A stretch of 64,000 nucleotides of DNA from the human T2T-CHM13v2.0 reference genome, Homo sapiens. A program made the translations under genes and the position numbers. Each line of letters begins with the position of its first letter. The first letter of the stretch is position 1. The stretch is from the NCBI RefSeq assembly GCF_009914755.1, contig NC_060926.1; one strand, written 5' to 3'. Shown one piece after another: positions 1 to 32,463 of the stretch. The notes under the pieces are model-generated. The model was not told where the DNA came from, searched no databases, and saw nothing but the letters and a program-made list of their open reading frames with translations.

Positions 1-3000
1 CTTTAGAATTGTTTTTTCTAATTCTGTGAAGAACAATGGTGGTATTTTGATGGGGATTGCACTGAATTTGTAGATTGCTTTTGGCAGTATAGCCATTTTC
101 ACAATGTTGATTCTACCCATCCATGAGCATGGGATGTGTTTCCATTTGTTTGTGTCATCCAGTGTTTTGTAGTTTTCCTTGTAGAGGTCTTTCAACTCCT
201 TGATTAGGTATATTCCTAAGTGTTTTATTATTATCATTATTATTTGCAACTATTGTAAAAGGGGTTGAGTTCTTGATTTGATTCTCTGCTTGGTCGCCAT
301 TGGTGTATAGAAGAACTACTGATTTGTGTACATTAGTCTTGTATCCGGAAACTTTGCTGAATTCTTTTATCAGTTCTAGGAGCTTTGTGAAGGAGTCCTT
401 AGGGTTTTCAAGGTAAATGATTATATCGTCAGCAAACAGTGACGGTTTGACTTCTCTTTACCGATTTGGATGCCCTTTATTTCTTTCTGTTGTCTGATTG
501 CTCTAGCTAGGATTTCCAGTACCATATTGAAGAAGAGTGGTGAGAGTGGGCCTCCTTGTCTTGTTCCCGTTGAATGCCTTCAACTTTTTCCCATTCAATA
601 TTATGTTGAATGTCTTTAACTTTTCCCCATTCAGTATTATGTTGGCTGTGTGTTTGTCATAGATGGCTTTTATTACATTAAGGTATGTCCTTTGTATGCT
701 GATTTTGCTGAGAGTTTTAATCATAAAGAGATGCTGGATTTTGTCAAATGCTTTTTCTGCATTGAGATGATCATGTGATATTTGTTTTTAACTCTGTTTA
801 TGTAGTGTATCAAATTTATTGACTTGTGTGTGTTAAACCATCCCTGTATCCCTGGTATGAATCCCTCTTGATAATGGTGGATTATGTTTTTCATATGTTG
901 TTGGAGTTGGTTAGCTAGTATTTTGTTAAAGATTTTAGCATCAATGTTCATCAAGGATATTGGTCTGTAGTTTTCTTTTTTGGTTATGTCCTTTCCTGGT
1001 TTTGTTATTAGGGTGATGCTGGCTTCATTAAATGAATTTACTTAAGGTTCCTTCTTTCTCTATCTTGTGGAATAGTATCAAAAGGATTGGTACCAATTCT
1101 TCTTTGAATGTCTGGTGGAATTCTGCTGTGAATCCTTCTGGTCCTGGACTTTTTATTGTTGGTAATTTTTAAATTACCATTTCAATCTCGCTCTTGTTAT
1201 TGGTCTGTTAAGGGTATCTAATTCTTCCTGATTTAATCTGGGAGGGTGTATTTTTCCAGGAATTTATCCATCTCTTCTAGGTTTTCTAGTTTATGTGCAC
1301 AAAGTTGCTCATAGTAGCTGTGAATGATCTTTTGTATTTCAGTGTTGTCAGTTGTAATATCTCCTGTTTCGTTTCTTAGTGAGGTTATTTGGATTTTTAC
1401 TCTTCTTTTCTTAATCTTCCTAACGGTCTATCAATTTTATTTATCTTTTCAAAGAACCAGCTTTTTGTTTCATTTATCTTTTGTACTTTTTTTCCAGTTT
1501 CATTTAGTTCTGCTCTGATCTTGGTAATTTCCTTTCTTCTGCTAGGTTTGGGTTTGGTTTGCTCTTATTTCTTTAGTTCCTTGAGGTGTGACCTTAGAAT
1601 GTCAGTCTGTGCACTGTCAGTCTTTTTGATGTAGGCACTTAGGGCTATGAACTTTCCTCTTAGCACCGCGTTTGCTGTATCCCAGAGATTTTGACAGGTT
1701 GTGTCATTATTGTCATTCAGTTCAAAGAATATTTTAATTTCCATTTGATTTCATTTTTGACCCAATGCTCATTCAGGAGCAGGTTATTTAATTTCCATGT
1801 ATTTGCATGGTTCTGAAGGTTCCTTTTGGAACTGATTTCCAGTTTTATTCCACTGTGGTCTGAGAGAGTGCTTGATATAATTTCAATTTTCTTAAATGTA
1901 TTGAGCTTGTTTTATGGCCTATCATATGATCTATCTTGGAGAAAGTTCCATGTGCCGTTGAATAGAATGTGTATTTTGCAGTTGTTAGATAAAATGTTCT
2001 GTATATATCTGTTTAGTCCATTTGTTCCAAGGTATAGTTTAAATCCATTGTTTCTTTGTTGACTTTCTGTCTTGATGACCTATCTAGTCCTGTCAGTGGA
2101 GTACTGAAGTTCCCTACTATTGTGTTGCTGTCTATCTCATTTCTTAGGTCTATTAGTAATTGTTTTATAAATTTGGGAGCTCCAGTGTTAGGTGTGTATA
2201 TGTTTAAGATTGTGATATTTTCCAGTTGTACAAGGCCTTTTACCATTATATAATGCACCTCTTTGTCTCTTTTAACTCTGTTGCTTTAAAATTGGTTTTG
2301 TCTGATTTATATCAGACAGAATAGCTACTCCTGCTCGCTTTTGGTGTCCATGTGCACGAATTGCCTTTTTCCACTTCTTTACTTTAAGTTTATATGAGTC
2401 CTTATGTGTTAGGTGAGTCTTCTGAAGGGAACAGATAGTTGGTTGGTGAGTTCTTATCTATTCTGTGGTTCTGTATCTTTTAAGTGGAGAATTTAGACCA
2501 TTTATATTCAATGTTAGTATTGAAATGTGAGGTACCATTGCATTTGCCATGCTTTTTGTTGCCTGTGTACTTTGTTTTTTATTTTTTTGTTTTTGCTTTT
2601 TAACATGTATTTATGTTTTATAGGTCCTATGTGACTTATGCTTTAAAGAAGTTCTGTTTTGATGTGTTTCCAGGATTTGTTTCAAGATTTAGAGCTGCTT
2701 TTAGCAGTTCTTGTAGTGGTGGCTTGGTAATGGTGAATTCTCTCAGCATTTGTTTATCTGAAAGCAACTGTATCTTTCCTTCATATGTGATGCTTAGTTT
2801 CACTGGATACAAAATTCTTGGCTGATAATTGTTTTGTTTGAGGAGCCTGAAGATAGGGAACAATCCTTTCTAGCTTGTAGGGTTTCTGCTGAGAAATCTG
2901 CTGTTAATCATGTAAGTTTTCCTTTATAAGTTACCTGGTGCTTCTGTCTCACAGCTCTTAAGATTCTTTCCTTCATCTTAACTTTGGATAACCTGATGAC

Positions 3001-5070
3001 AATGTGCCTACGTGAAGATCTTTTTGCAATGAATTTTCCAGGTGTTCTTTGTGCTTCTTGTATTTGATGTCTAGGTCTCTAGCAAGGCTGGGGAAGTTTT
3101 CCTTGATTATCCCCCTGAATATGTTTTCCAAGCTTTTAGAATTATCTTCTTCCTCAGCAACACTGATTATTCTTAAGTTTGGTTGTTTAACATAATCCCA
3201 GACTTCTTGGAGATTTTGTTCCTATTTTCTATTCTTTTCTCCTTGTCTTTGTTGGATTGGGTTAATTCAAAGACCTTGTCTTCGAGCTCTGAATTTCTTT
3301 CTTCTACTTGTTTAATTCTACTACTGAGACTTTCCAGAGCATTTTGCATTTCTAAAAGTGTATCCAAAGTTTCCTGAATTTTTTTATTGTTTTTTTCTTT
3401 AAGCTATCCATTTCCTTGAATATTTCTCCCTAACTTCTTGTAACTTTTTTAAAATTTCTTTGAATTGGGCTTTGCCTTTCTCTTGTTCCTCCCTGATTAG
3501 TTTAATAACTAACCTCCTGAATTCTTTTTCAGGTAAATCAGAGATTTCTTCTTGGTTTGGATCCATTGCTGGTGAACTAGTGTGATTTTTTGGGGGTGTT
3601 GAAGAGCCTTGTTTTGTCATGTTACCAGGGTTGCTTTTCTGGTTCCGTCTCATTTGGGTAGGCTCTGTCAGAAGGAAAGTTTGGGGCTGAAGGCTGTTGT
3701 TCAGTTTCTTTTGTCCCATGGAATGTTCCCTTGATGTAGTACTCTCCCCCTTTCCCTATGGATGTGGCTTCCTGTGAGCTGAACTGCAGTGATTGTTGTC
3801 TTTCTTCTGGGTCTAGCCACCCAGCAAGTCTACCCAGCTCCCGGCTGGTACTGAGGGTTGTCTGCACAGAGTCCTGTGATGTGAACCGTCTATGGGTCTC
3901 TCAGCTATGGATACCAGTGCCTGTTCCGGTGGAGGTGATGGAGGGTGCAGTGGACTCCATGAGGGTCCTTAGCTTTGGTGGTTTATGCTCTATTTTTGTG
4001 CTGGTTGGCCTCCTACCAGGAGGTGGCACTTTCCAGAAAGCATCAGCTGTAGTAATGTGGAGAGGGATTGGCGGTGGGCAGGGCCCTAGAACTCCCAAGA
4101 TTAAATGTCCTTTGTCTTCCACTACCAGAGTGAATAGGGAAGGACCATCAGGTGGGGGCAGGGCTAGGCATGTCTGAGCTCAGACTGTCCTTGGGTGGGT
4201 CTTGCTGTGGCTGCTGTGGGGGATGGGTGTGAGATTCCCAGGTCACTGGAGTTGTGTACCTAGGAGGATTATGGCTGCCTCTGCTGAGTCATGCAGGTTG
4301 TTAGGGAAGTAGGGGAAAGCCAGCAGTCACAGGCCTCACCCAGCTCCCATACAAGCAGAAGGGTTGGTCTCACTCCCAATGTGTACCCCCCAACAGCCCT
4401 GAGTTTGTTTGCAGGCAGAGAGTGTGATGGGCTTGAACACTTGCCCTGTGCTGCACCCCTAGCTGAGAGAGAAAAGGGCTTGGTTTCTCCCCCTGCCTGT
4501 GGAGTCTGCACACCAGATTTGTGCCCTCCCACTGAGCTCTGACCAGGAGGCTTCTTGCCCCATTCAAATTGTTACAAAGTTCAGCTAGAGATTTCTTTCT
4601 CCCTGTGGAGTTTCACCCCCTACTTCTCTGGTCCCCCGCCCCCTCCGCCCCCACCATGGATCCCTGTGTTGTTAGGCAGGAATGGCCTGGCCTGCTAGGG
4701 GACACAGCAAGCTCCTAGGGCCTTTCTGCTGCTTCCTCTACCCCTGCATTTTGCTTGGCTCTCTAAATTGTCTCAGCTTCAGGTAAAGTCGGAATCTTCT
4801 CCTGCAAACAGAATTTCAGCTTCTCCCGTGGGGGTGTGTGTCTGGGAGAGGAGGATCTCCCTTCCCCCTCACAGCTGGGGCACTCACGGTATTTGGGGTA
4901 TCTCCTGGGTCCTGCAGGAGTAGTCCACTTCCTTCAGAGGGTTTGTGGGTCCTCTCAGGATTATTGCTTTGTTCTTGCAGTCGATCTAGAGCTAAAATTC
5001 GGCGAACTTCCACAGGCTGCTCTGTCCAGAGCTGCAATCTAGTCCTGCCTCCCGTCCGCCATGATGATCC
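1..5070 (-). mobile_element. L1 LINE (L1PB-like), 5'UTR + ORF1 + 5' part of ORF2, degraded; continues beyond the window start; lies in AOX1 intron 25
   Basis: Minus-strand ORF fragments: ORF1 MRRNQKSNPGNMTKQGSSTPPKNHTSS (ATG 3653) to YQPRILYPVKLS..REFTITKPPLQELLK; ORF2 endonuclease ISILTLNINGLN (~2520) and ITILNIYTPNTGAP; [26 protein letters not shown]. 5' end reads ggatcatcatggcggacgggaggcaggactag. Many stops and frameshifts. Confidence 0.93.
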
Positions 5071-6418
5071 AATTTCTCCTTTTGGTTCTTTCAGTCTCAG
5101 CCCCAACTTTGTTTATTGACAACGACCTTCCCCTTCCTGGCTCCTCCTCCCAGATCCTGGAATGGAATTAGTGTGGGGAGATGGGGTGAGCTCTCTCTCA
5201 GCCCCTTCTCCTCCCCTGTGCCTTCTGCTGTGATGCTGGTGCAAGGAGGAAGAGAAGAAGGACCAGGAAAACAGTCAGTTTCTCCCTGTGTGACTTCTCC
5301 CGGCAAGCTCACAGTCCTCTCTTTGGACAGATGTCACTTTTCAAGTACATTGTCTATGGCTCCATTTCTGCCAGCTCTTCCAGAAATTGGCAGTCCTTGG
5401 ACCTTCAGCGGGCAGCTGGCACAGCATTCCACTGGTGACCACACCTCTCTGCTCATGCCCCAGCAGTCTTTAGAAGGCCCCAGGTCCCAATTCATCTACC
5501 AGCTTTCACCCAACAGTAGCCACTTTCTTTGCTTCTCTTGAACGTGTGGGAGGCCTTGCCCCTCCCTTCCTGGCCATCCCACTAAACTCTCTCCTGATGT
5601 CCTGCCACATTTGGTAGCACTAAGGAGGAGAATTACATCCTTCCCTTCATTCCCAGGGAAGTTAGAGCAGGGAACAGCCTCTTAAAAACACCACTTTCCC
5701 CCAAATGAGATGGCTTACTAATTTCCAGTGTTTCTCTTACAATGATCTGATAATTTGCTTCGGAGGGTGGGGAGAGTGTGTCTGTGATGGCTCTGTCAGC
5801 TTAGGGAGGGGGCTGGCCACAAGTGCTATGAGTTTTCTCAGCTGAGAATGTGACATACTTGGCACCTTTTATTCTCAGCTTAGGGTCTTAGTCACCAATT
5901 CTGGGAATACAGGAAGAATTCTACTCAGTGCTTCAGACATCCTGGGATAGAATCTTTTAATTTGTTCTTCATCCTAGATATTGGTTATATTTAAACGAAC
6001 TTTCATGCTTGCCTGTTTTGGAGGTGAGTAGTCTTATCTTGCAACATAGCATGGGAGTAATCCAAATCATGTGGCCTAGATGATCTTTCAGCAGATACCC
6101 AAATGCAACTAGAATTAAGAGTCTACAGTGTACATGGACTGTGTTGAGTTATATTGGAACATAAGGTAAAGGTTCCATCCTTTAAAGTTGCACAAGAGTA
6201 GCATAGAAAGCACATAAGTAATTGCTAGCACGTTTGATAGAAGCTCTGAGTAGAGGAAGAGGACAATGTTGTGCATTAGGAAAGGCTTCCACAAGGACTC
6301 AGTAGAACTTGGCTTGGACCTTACAGGATGGGCAGAATTTGACCAGGAGGATGGTGAATGGATGAGCCTATGTCTGCTGGGTTTCCCCTCCCAGCTTTAA
6401 TCTCCTTTTCTTTCATAG

Positions 6419-26121
<19,703 letters not shown>

Positions 26122-26940
26122 ATCAAATGCAAACTTCTGGAGAAAACAGAGTGCCTCTTCCCAGATGGCAATCTGTCCTATCTCTGTGCTGGAAGATGCT
26201 AGATCTGAAAGACAGAGTTTCCACAGTTCAGAAATCATCCCACAGTGTTGCTTTTCTATGGAGCTGATTTAAAGTATTCCATTTAGATTTGATAGATATG
26301 CTTAAGCAATCTATAAATCATTTTCAATGTTATAAACACTAATTGGTTTCCTCTAGGGTGATATTCGTCATTACTCTGTCTCTTCAATCCATCCAGCTAA
26401 ATGGAATAGGTGATGACTTGCATGTGACTCCTACTTGGCTTCTATCCACCAACAGAAATTATACCATATAGTGAAAGGCAATTTTCTAAATAATTTCATG
26501 ACTAATATGAACTGTGAAGTTGTCATTTTTTCATTTGTCCTTTTCTGCTATCACCTTCCTCTTGTCAGAATGAATATAGACACTGTATCTAAGTGGGACC
26601 AAAGAAAAAATAGCGAACTTTCACCAAAGTTTTCATGAAAACCCAAAAACTTTAAAAGTTACTATCAAGAAATTGAAAGGAAACCCACAGAATAGGATAA
26701 AATATTTGTAAATCATATATTTGATAAAAGTCTTGTAACCAGATACATAAAGAGCTCTTACAACTCAATAAAAGGCAAGTAATTTAAAAATAGGCAAAAG
26801 AATTGCTGGATGGTATGGTAGTTCTATTTTTAGTTTTTACCCTAACTACTCTGACTTGATCATTTAACATTCTGTGTATGTAACAAAATATCACATGCAT
26901 AAATATTATGTATCAATAAAATTTTTTAATGGGCAAAGGA
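26122..26940 (+). other. AOX1: AOX1 3'UTR (end approximate)
   Basis: Follows the stop; AATAAA at 26767-26772 and 26915-26920. Confidence 0.75.
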
Positions 26941-27750
26941 TTTGAGTAGATGTATCTCCAAAGAAGATATATAAATGTCTAGTAAGCATTAAAAATATGC
27001 TCAAACTCATTAGTCATTAAGGAAATGCAAATCAAAACCACAATGAGCCACCATTTTATATGCAGTAGGATGATTGTAATCAAAATGATGGACAGCAGTA
27101 AGTATTGGCTAGGATAGGGAAAAATGGGAACACTTATCCATTGCAGGGGGCAGTGTAGAATGGTGTAGATACTGTGGAAAACAGTTTAGCATTTCCTCAA
27201 GGAGTTAAACATAGTTAACATAGAAGTTAAACATAGAATTACCATAATCTTAGGTATATACCCAAGAGAATTTAAAACATATATTCACCCAAAAATGTAT
27301 ACATAACTGTTCATAGCATTATTCATAGTATCCCAGAAGTGGAAACAACTCAAATTTCCATCAACTAATAAAATGTGGTATATCCACACAAGAGAGTTTT
27401 ATTTGGCCATATAAAAAAAAAGCACTATTACATGTGACAACATGGATGAACCTTGAAAACATTGTCTAAATGAAAGAAGCCAGGCACAAAAGGCTGCATA
27501 TTATATGATTCCATCTATACAAAATGTCCAGAACAGGCAAATTCACAGACACAAAGTAGATTAATGGCTACCAGAGGCTGCTGGGACCACAGACTGCTAA
27601 TGGATATGGGATTCCTTTTCGGGGTGAGAAAAATGTTCTAGAATGAGTGGTGATAATTTTACAACGTGTGAATATACTAAAAACCACTGAATTGTAATTT
27701 TATAAAGGTGAGTTTTATGGTATGTGAATTATACCTCAATTTTTAAAAAA
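26560..27750 (+). mobile_element. Old L1M (L1MB-like) 3' portion overlapping the AOX1 3'UTR, with a nested L1MA-like 3' tip at ~26850-26925
   Basis: ggaaatgcaaatcaaaaccacaatgag, catggatgaaccttgaaaacatt and gtatgtgaattatacctcaat L1M 3' motifs. Confidence 0.75.
26915..26920 (+). terminator. Probable AOX1 polyadenylation signal (alternative AATAAA at 26767)
   Basis: Canonical AATAAA about 800 nt after the stop. Confidence 0.6.
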
Positions 27751-27949
27751 GTATCTGTGGAGAGAAACAGAAAATGTGGGAAAGATTGAGAAGTTGTGAG
27801 AATCAAGAAGCCTGTCCCAATCAATGGCTTTCCAAAAACATGGAAGCCTCAAAGGGAGGCTAAATAGCAAGGCATAGTCAAGGAAAAACGCCATTTCCGT
27901 TAAGAGCAGAGAGAAGTCACATGGATCTCTGCCTTTAAGAGCAGATTTT

Positions 27950-29200
27950 CTCATTTATACCACAAGTATTTATAGAGCATTTTACTCTGTGCCAGGCACT
28001 GTACTAGGCACTTGAGATTTATCAGCAAACAAAATAGACAGAGATCCCTGTCCTTGGGAAGATCCTATTTTGGTAAGGGCAGGCAGAAAAATTTTAAAAA
28101 TAATAAGTAAATTACAGGAGTATGGTTGATGCTTGAGTGCTAAGGGAAGAAGTAGAAGTGGAGCAGGTTAAGGCCAATGGAGAGTGATGGAGCAGGTGGC
28201 AGGTTGTGGTTAGAATAGGTCAGAGAAAGCCCTCCTGAGGAAATGAGAATGGAGGCTGTGAGCTAAGCAGGTATCTGGAGGAAGAGCATTACTGGGGAGA
28301 CAAGGCATTAGAGCAGAGTCTCTTGCAAGCAAGTGTGCCTGGCCCGTTTGTGGAGCAGCAGTGGGGCCCATGTGGCTAGCACAGAGCCAGGGACGGGGGC
28401 AGCCATGTAGAACCTGGAGGCCGCTATAAGGACTTGAGCTTTTAATCTAAGTGGCTGCAGAGCAGAAAAGTGACATGGACTTGCTTCTGTTGCAAAGGAT
28501 TATCCTGGATGCTGTGCTGATGCAGGTCGTGGGAGGGCAAAAGTCGAGGGTAGATGCCTCCTTTCTGTCCCTTTGCCAACTCCTCCCCCTCCAGCCCACC
28601 TCTGTAAATGTTGGAATTCTCGAGACAGCCATGGGCCCTCTTTCCCAGTCTCTCTGCCTGGTGGGTGGCTGCCTTTACTCCCATGGCTGGAGGTAACTCT
28701 CTTGCTTAAGCTCTGGCTCTGTAAACCCAACTCTTGCTTTTCATTGCCACTTGGATGTCTCAAAGGCACTTCAAACGTCCCAAGCAGATCTCCTTTTCTG
28801 TACAGCCATCCACAGGTTGCTAGGCCGGAAACGGGAAATGATCTGAGGTGCTCTGTTCTCTTTGCGCACACGTCTATTCAGGCACGAAATCCTGTCAATC
28901 CCACATCAAAGACAGTTCCTGAATCTGCCTCTCCCTCTCTTTATTTCCATAGCCTCTATGTTACTCCAAGCCACCTTCATTTCTCCCCTGACTATTGCAA
29001 TAATCCCCTCCTGATTTCCCTGCATTCATTTTGCTTTCCTTCCAACCATTCTCACATTGAAGCCAAAGATATACATGAATTTGTGGGCACACACACATGC
29101 ACATGCACACACAAAATCATCATGTTACACTCTTGCCTAAAGCCCTTCAATTGCTTCCTATTCATCTCAGCAGAATATGTCCCAAATCCCTAAGATGGCA
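27950..29200. mobile_element. L2 LINE fragments
   Basis: gagcattttactctgtgccaggcactgtactaggcac (L2 3' end) and L2 body-like ctgactattgcaataatcccctc, gcctaaagcccttcaattgcttcc. Confidence 0.6.
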
Positions 29201-29769
29201 TCTGCAGCCTAGGTTATCTAGCCCCAGCCTGTCTCTCCAGCGTTGGCTCATGTTCCCTTCCCTTTTCCTGTCTGGGTTTCCTGTTGTAGCTCTCACTCTG
29301 GAGCCTTTGCCTGTGTCCTCTGTCTGGAGGGTTCTATCACTTTTACCCCTCCTTGGGTCTGACTGCCACTATCCAGTACTGCTCTGCAGTTACAGGCACA
29401 AAAGTAACTTGAGGATCTTGTGAAAACACAAGTCGTAAGATCAGGCAAGCAAAAGCTATACAGTAAGAAGGAAGCAGAACATCCAGAACCAAGCAGGAGC
29501 AGGAGCGGGAGGAACAAGCCAGCAGCAGAAGCAGGTACCCCAGACACAGTGGCCCACGCCGGTGCTTCAGCGTCTCTCCCTCAACTCACACCTAGAGCTG
29601 CTAGGCAGAGTGGAGGGGTCCTTAAGCTGATGCAGAAGGAAAAAGACAGAGCTGGGTTCACAAGAGGGTTGGCTCCATACTTGGGTACAATCCAGATATG
29701 CAGTGTTGGCAGTATAGACCCTCTTAGAGGTGGCAAGGGGAAATTTTCCCAATAGGCAGGGCTTTGGGG

Positions 29770-30660
29770 AGCACACTGATTATCCACATTATGTGGAAAA
29801 CAGGAGTGGTGCAACCCAAGGTTAGGATATATATGGAACAAATGGTTTGGCCAGCTGGTCAAGGGCCTGGGTGGGGGGGGTGATATTACAAGACTGGGGA
29901 CAAGATGGCATATGAATGGGCATACGGAAGTGGCATGATATGTGAAGATTTTTGTATCACAGGTTAACACCCAGCAGGAAGCTCCCACTGTGAAAGATTT
30001 GCTAAACAATTAAGTGGACCAAATGAGATGGCCATGTGACATTAGCCAACTCTGTCATCCATCACCCCAGTCAGTGCTCACCCAATGGTGTCAGGGATGG
30101 AGGCCTTGCACGGGCCCGACAGCATGGGCTTCCACTTGCCATGTAGCTGATGCTGATGCTGAACATCCAATCTGCTTCCAACACAAACCAAAACTGGTCC
30201 TCAATTTGACACCATCCCTCCAGGAGACCAACTGGCCATTTGGTGGCAAATTGACTACACTGAACCCTTTCCATTCGGGAAGGGGCAATGATTCACTTTA
30301 ACGTTTTCTGGGTAGAGGTTTGCCTTTCCTGCCTGCAAGATCTTAGCCATCACCACTATCTAAGGGCTTACACAGTATTACATTAATCATCATAAGATCC
30401 CATGTAACATCACGCCGGGGCAATTTACAGCAAAGTAAGGGGATCTGCTTCACAGCAGCCTGGGAGTGAGTGCATGACTGTGGAACCTGCTGGTCACATC
30501 AGACGCTATCCTGCTTGGAACAGCTGTTCTGACAGAGCAATGAAACAACCTCGCGCAGGCACAGCTGGAATGCCAGCTAGAGGATGGGCTCCCTCCTCCA
30601 GGACACAGGATGCTTGAAAATGAGCACTCTGTATGATGTTATGTCCCCAGTGGGTGGTTC
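29770..30660 (+). mobile_element. ERVL internal (pol RNase H / integrase) fragment
   Basis: Translates in pieces to VKIFVSQVNTQQ..NN*VDQM and LAIWWQIDYTEP (cf. ERVL WQVDYIGP). Confidence 0.7.
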
Positions 30661-31302
30661 ATACTGGCAGAGGATAGCTGGGCATTTATAACAGAGAATG
30701 GTTGGTACCTATTGTATATAATAAAATTCTACAGATAGATAAATAAAAAACCTACTAGGGAAAAATAATCAAAGGAGAGAAGAATAAGTACAAATACTCA
30801 CTAATTGTCTAGCAAGATGGATAACCTCACCAAACTAGAGAAATGCCTACTATGAACTGTCATTTCTCCCACATCCTGGAAAACTGGACAGTAGGGATAA
30901 TGCTCAGAGCTGGAGAAGGCTGTGTACATGATTTGTTATATTAAGGAACACATTTTAGAAGGTGATTTAGTTGGATTCAGCAATGTGCATAGCCTTCAAC
31001 CCAGGAATTCCAACTCCAGGAATTTGTCCAACAGAAATACTTGCTCAAATGTCCAAAGGTGAAGTCCAAGGATTTTCATGGCAGCATTATTTATAATAGT
31101 GAAAAATTAAAAACAATGTAATGTAAATCAATAGATGACTAATAATTTATGGCAATAATACAAATAGTTAACATTTACTGACAGCTTACCTTCCTATGTG
31201 CCAGGAACTGTTTTAAGCACTTTACTTCACAACAGCCCCAAGGGAGATACTATTATTTTGACTATTTTACAGAAAGCAATTGAGGCATGGAGAACCTAAG
31301 TA

Positions 31303-31381
31303 TTAGGTTGGTGCAAAGGTAATTGCACTTTTTGCCATTGAAAGTAATGGCAAATACTGCAATTACCTTTGCACCAACCTA
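31303..31381. mobile_element. MADE1 (Hsmar1-derived MITE) inserted in a MIR
   Basis: ~80-bp hairpin ttaggttggtgcaaaggtaattgc...gcaattacctttgcaccaacct with TA flanks. Confidence 0.92.
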
Positions 31382-31759
31382 TAACTTGAAAAAAAGAAAA
31401 TTTTAAAATAGCATGAATAGTTTGAGTTCACTTTTTAGAAACTATCAAAAATTATGTATGCATGTATGTATCTATGTATATGTGCATGGGAAAATTCTGT
31501 ACAGACGCACAGGAATCTGATACTAGTTTCCTTTGCGAAGTAAACACTGGGATAGAGGATTTTCACTTTTTGCTTTATATACTTTTATGTTTTTTTAAAA
31601 TAAGCCTTCTATTTGTAATTTAAAAACAAATTATGAAAAAAAGTACATTTACCATCAAGAAACTCCCCTGAATGTAGTTCATTTGCAAATATAGCATGAT
31701 TTAGCTCCATGTCACTGACTAAAGCAGCTTCGTGTTGCTGCTTTAAGAAGATGGTTTAA

Positions 31760-32085
<326 letters not shown>

Positions 32086-32405
32086 TTATTCCAGTGGGTT
32101 GTCCCCATGGCAAGGAGAAATATACATTATGTAAGGGCTGAATTGCCATGAAAGTTCCAGGTTGGCTTAAAGGAGGAGGAAAGTGGGGGTAACAGAGCAA
32201 GGCGGGGAGACAAGAGGGTTGGGAACATAGACAGACAGGAGCTGGTTGGAGGAACACACTCAGGAAGCAGATACAAATGGCCCCGGAAGCTGCTTCATCC
32301 ACTATTCATCCTCTTCCAGGGAGCACATGGCAAGCCTGTTAGGCGGACACAGGAACAGGTGCTTTTGATACAACTTCACAAGATTCAGCCAATGCTGGTG
32401 GCATA

Positions 32406-32463
32406 ATGTCACATTCCAAGGCGTCAGATGAACTTGGTTTGTTTGTATGTGAATGGAAGAACA
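32406..32463 (+). pseudogene. AOX3P: AOX3P exon 1 relic MSHSKASDELGLF/VNGRT with +4 frameshift
   Basis: ATG at 32406, donor aca|gtaagt; 58 bp = 18 codons + 4 nt; resembles Aox3 MSPSKESDELIFFVNGKK. Confidence 0.8.

Noticed and set aside
503-3867. L1 ORF1/ORF2 fragments as functional genes
   Set aside because: Broken by many stops and frameshifts; an old inactive copy.
28573-29193. 206-aa + strand ORF, the longest in the track
   Set aside because: Non-ATG start, overlaps L2-like sequence, no recognisable domain.
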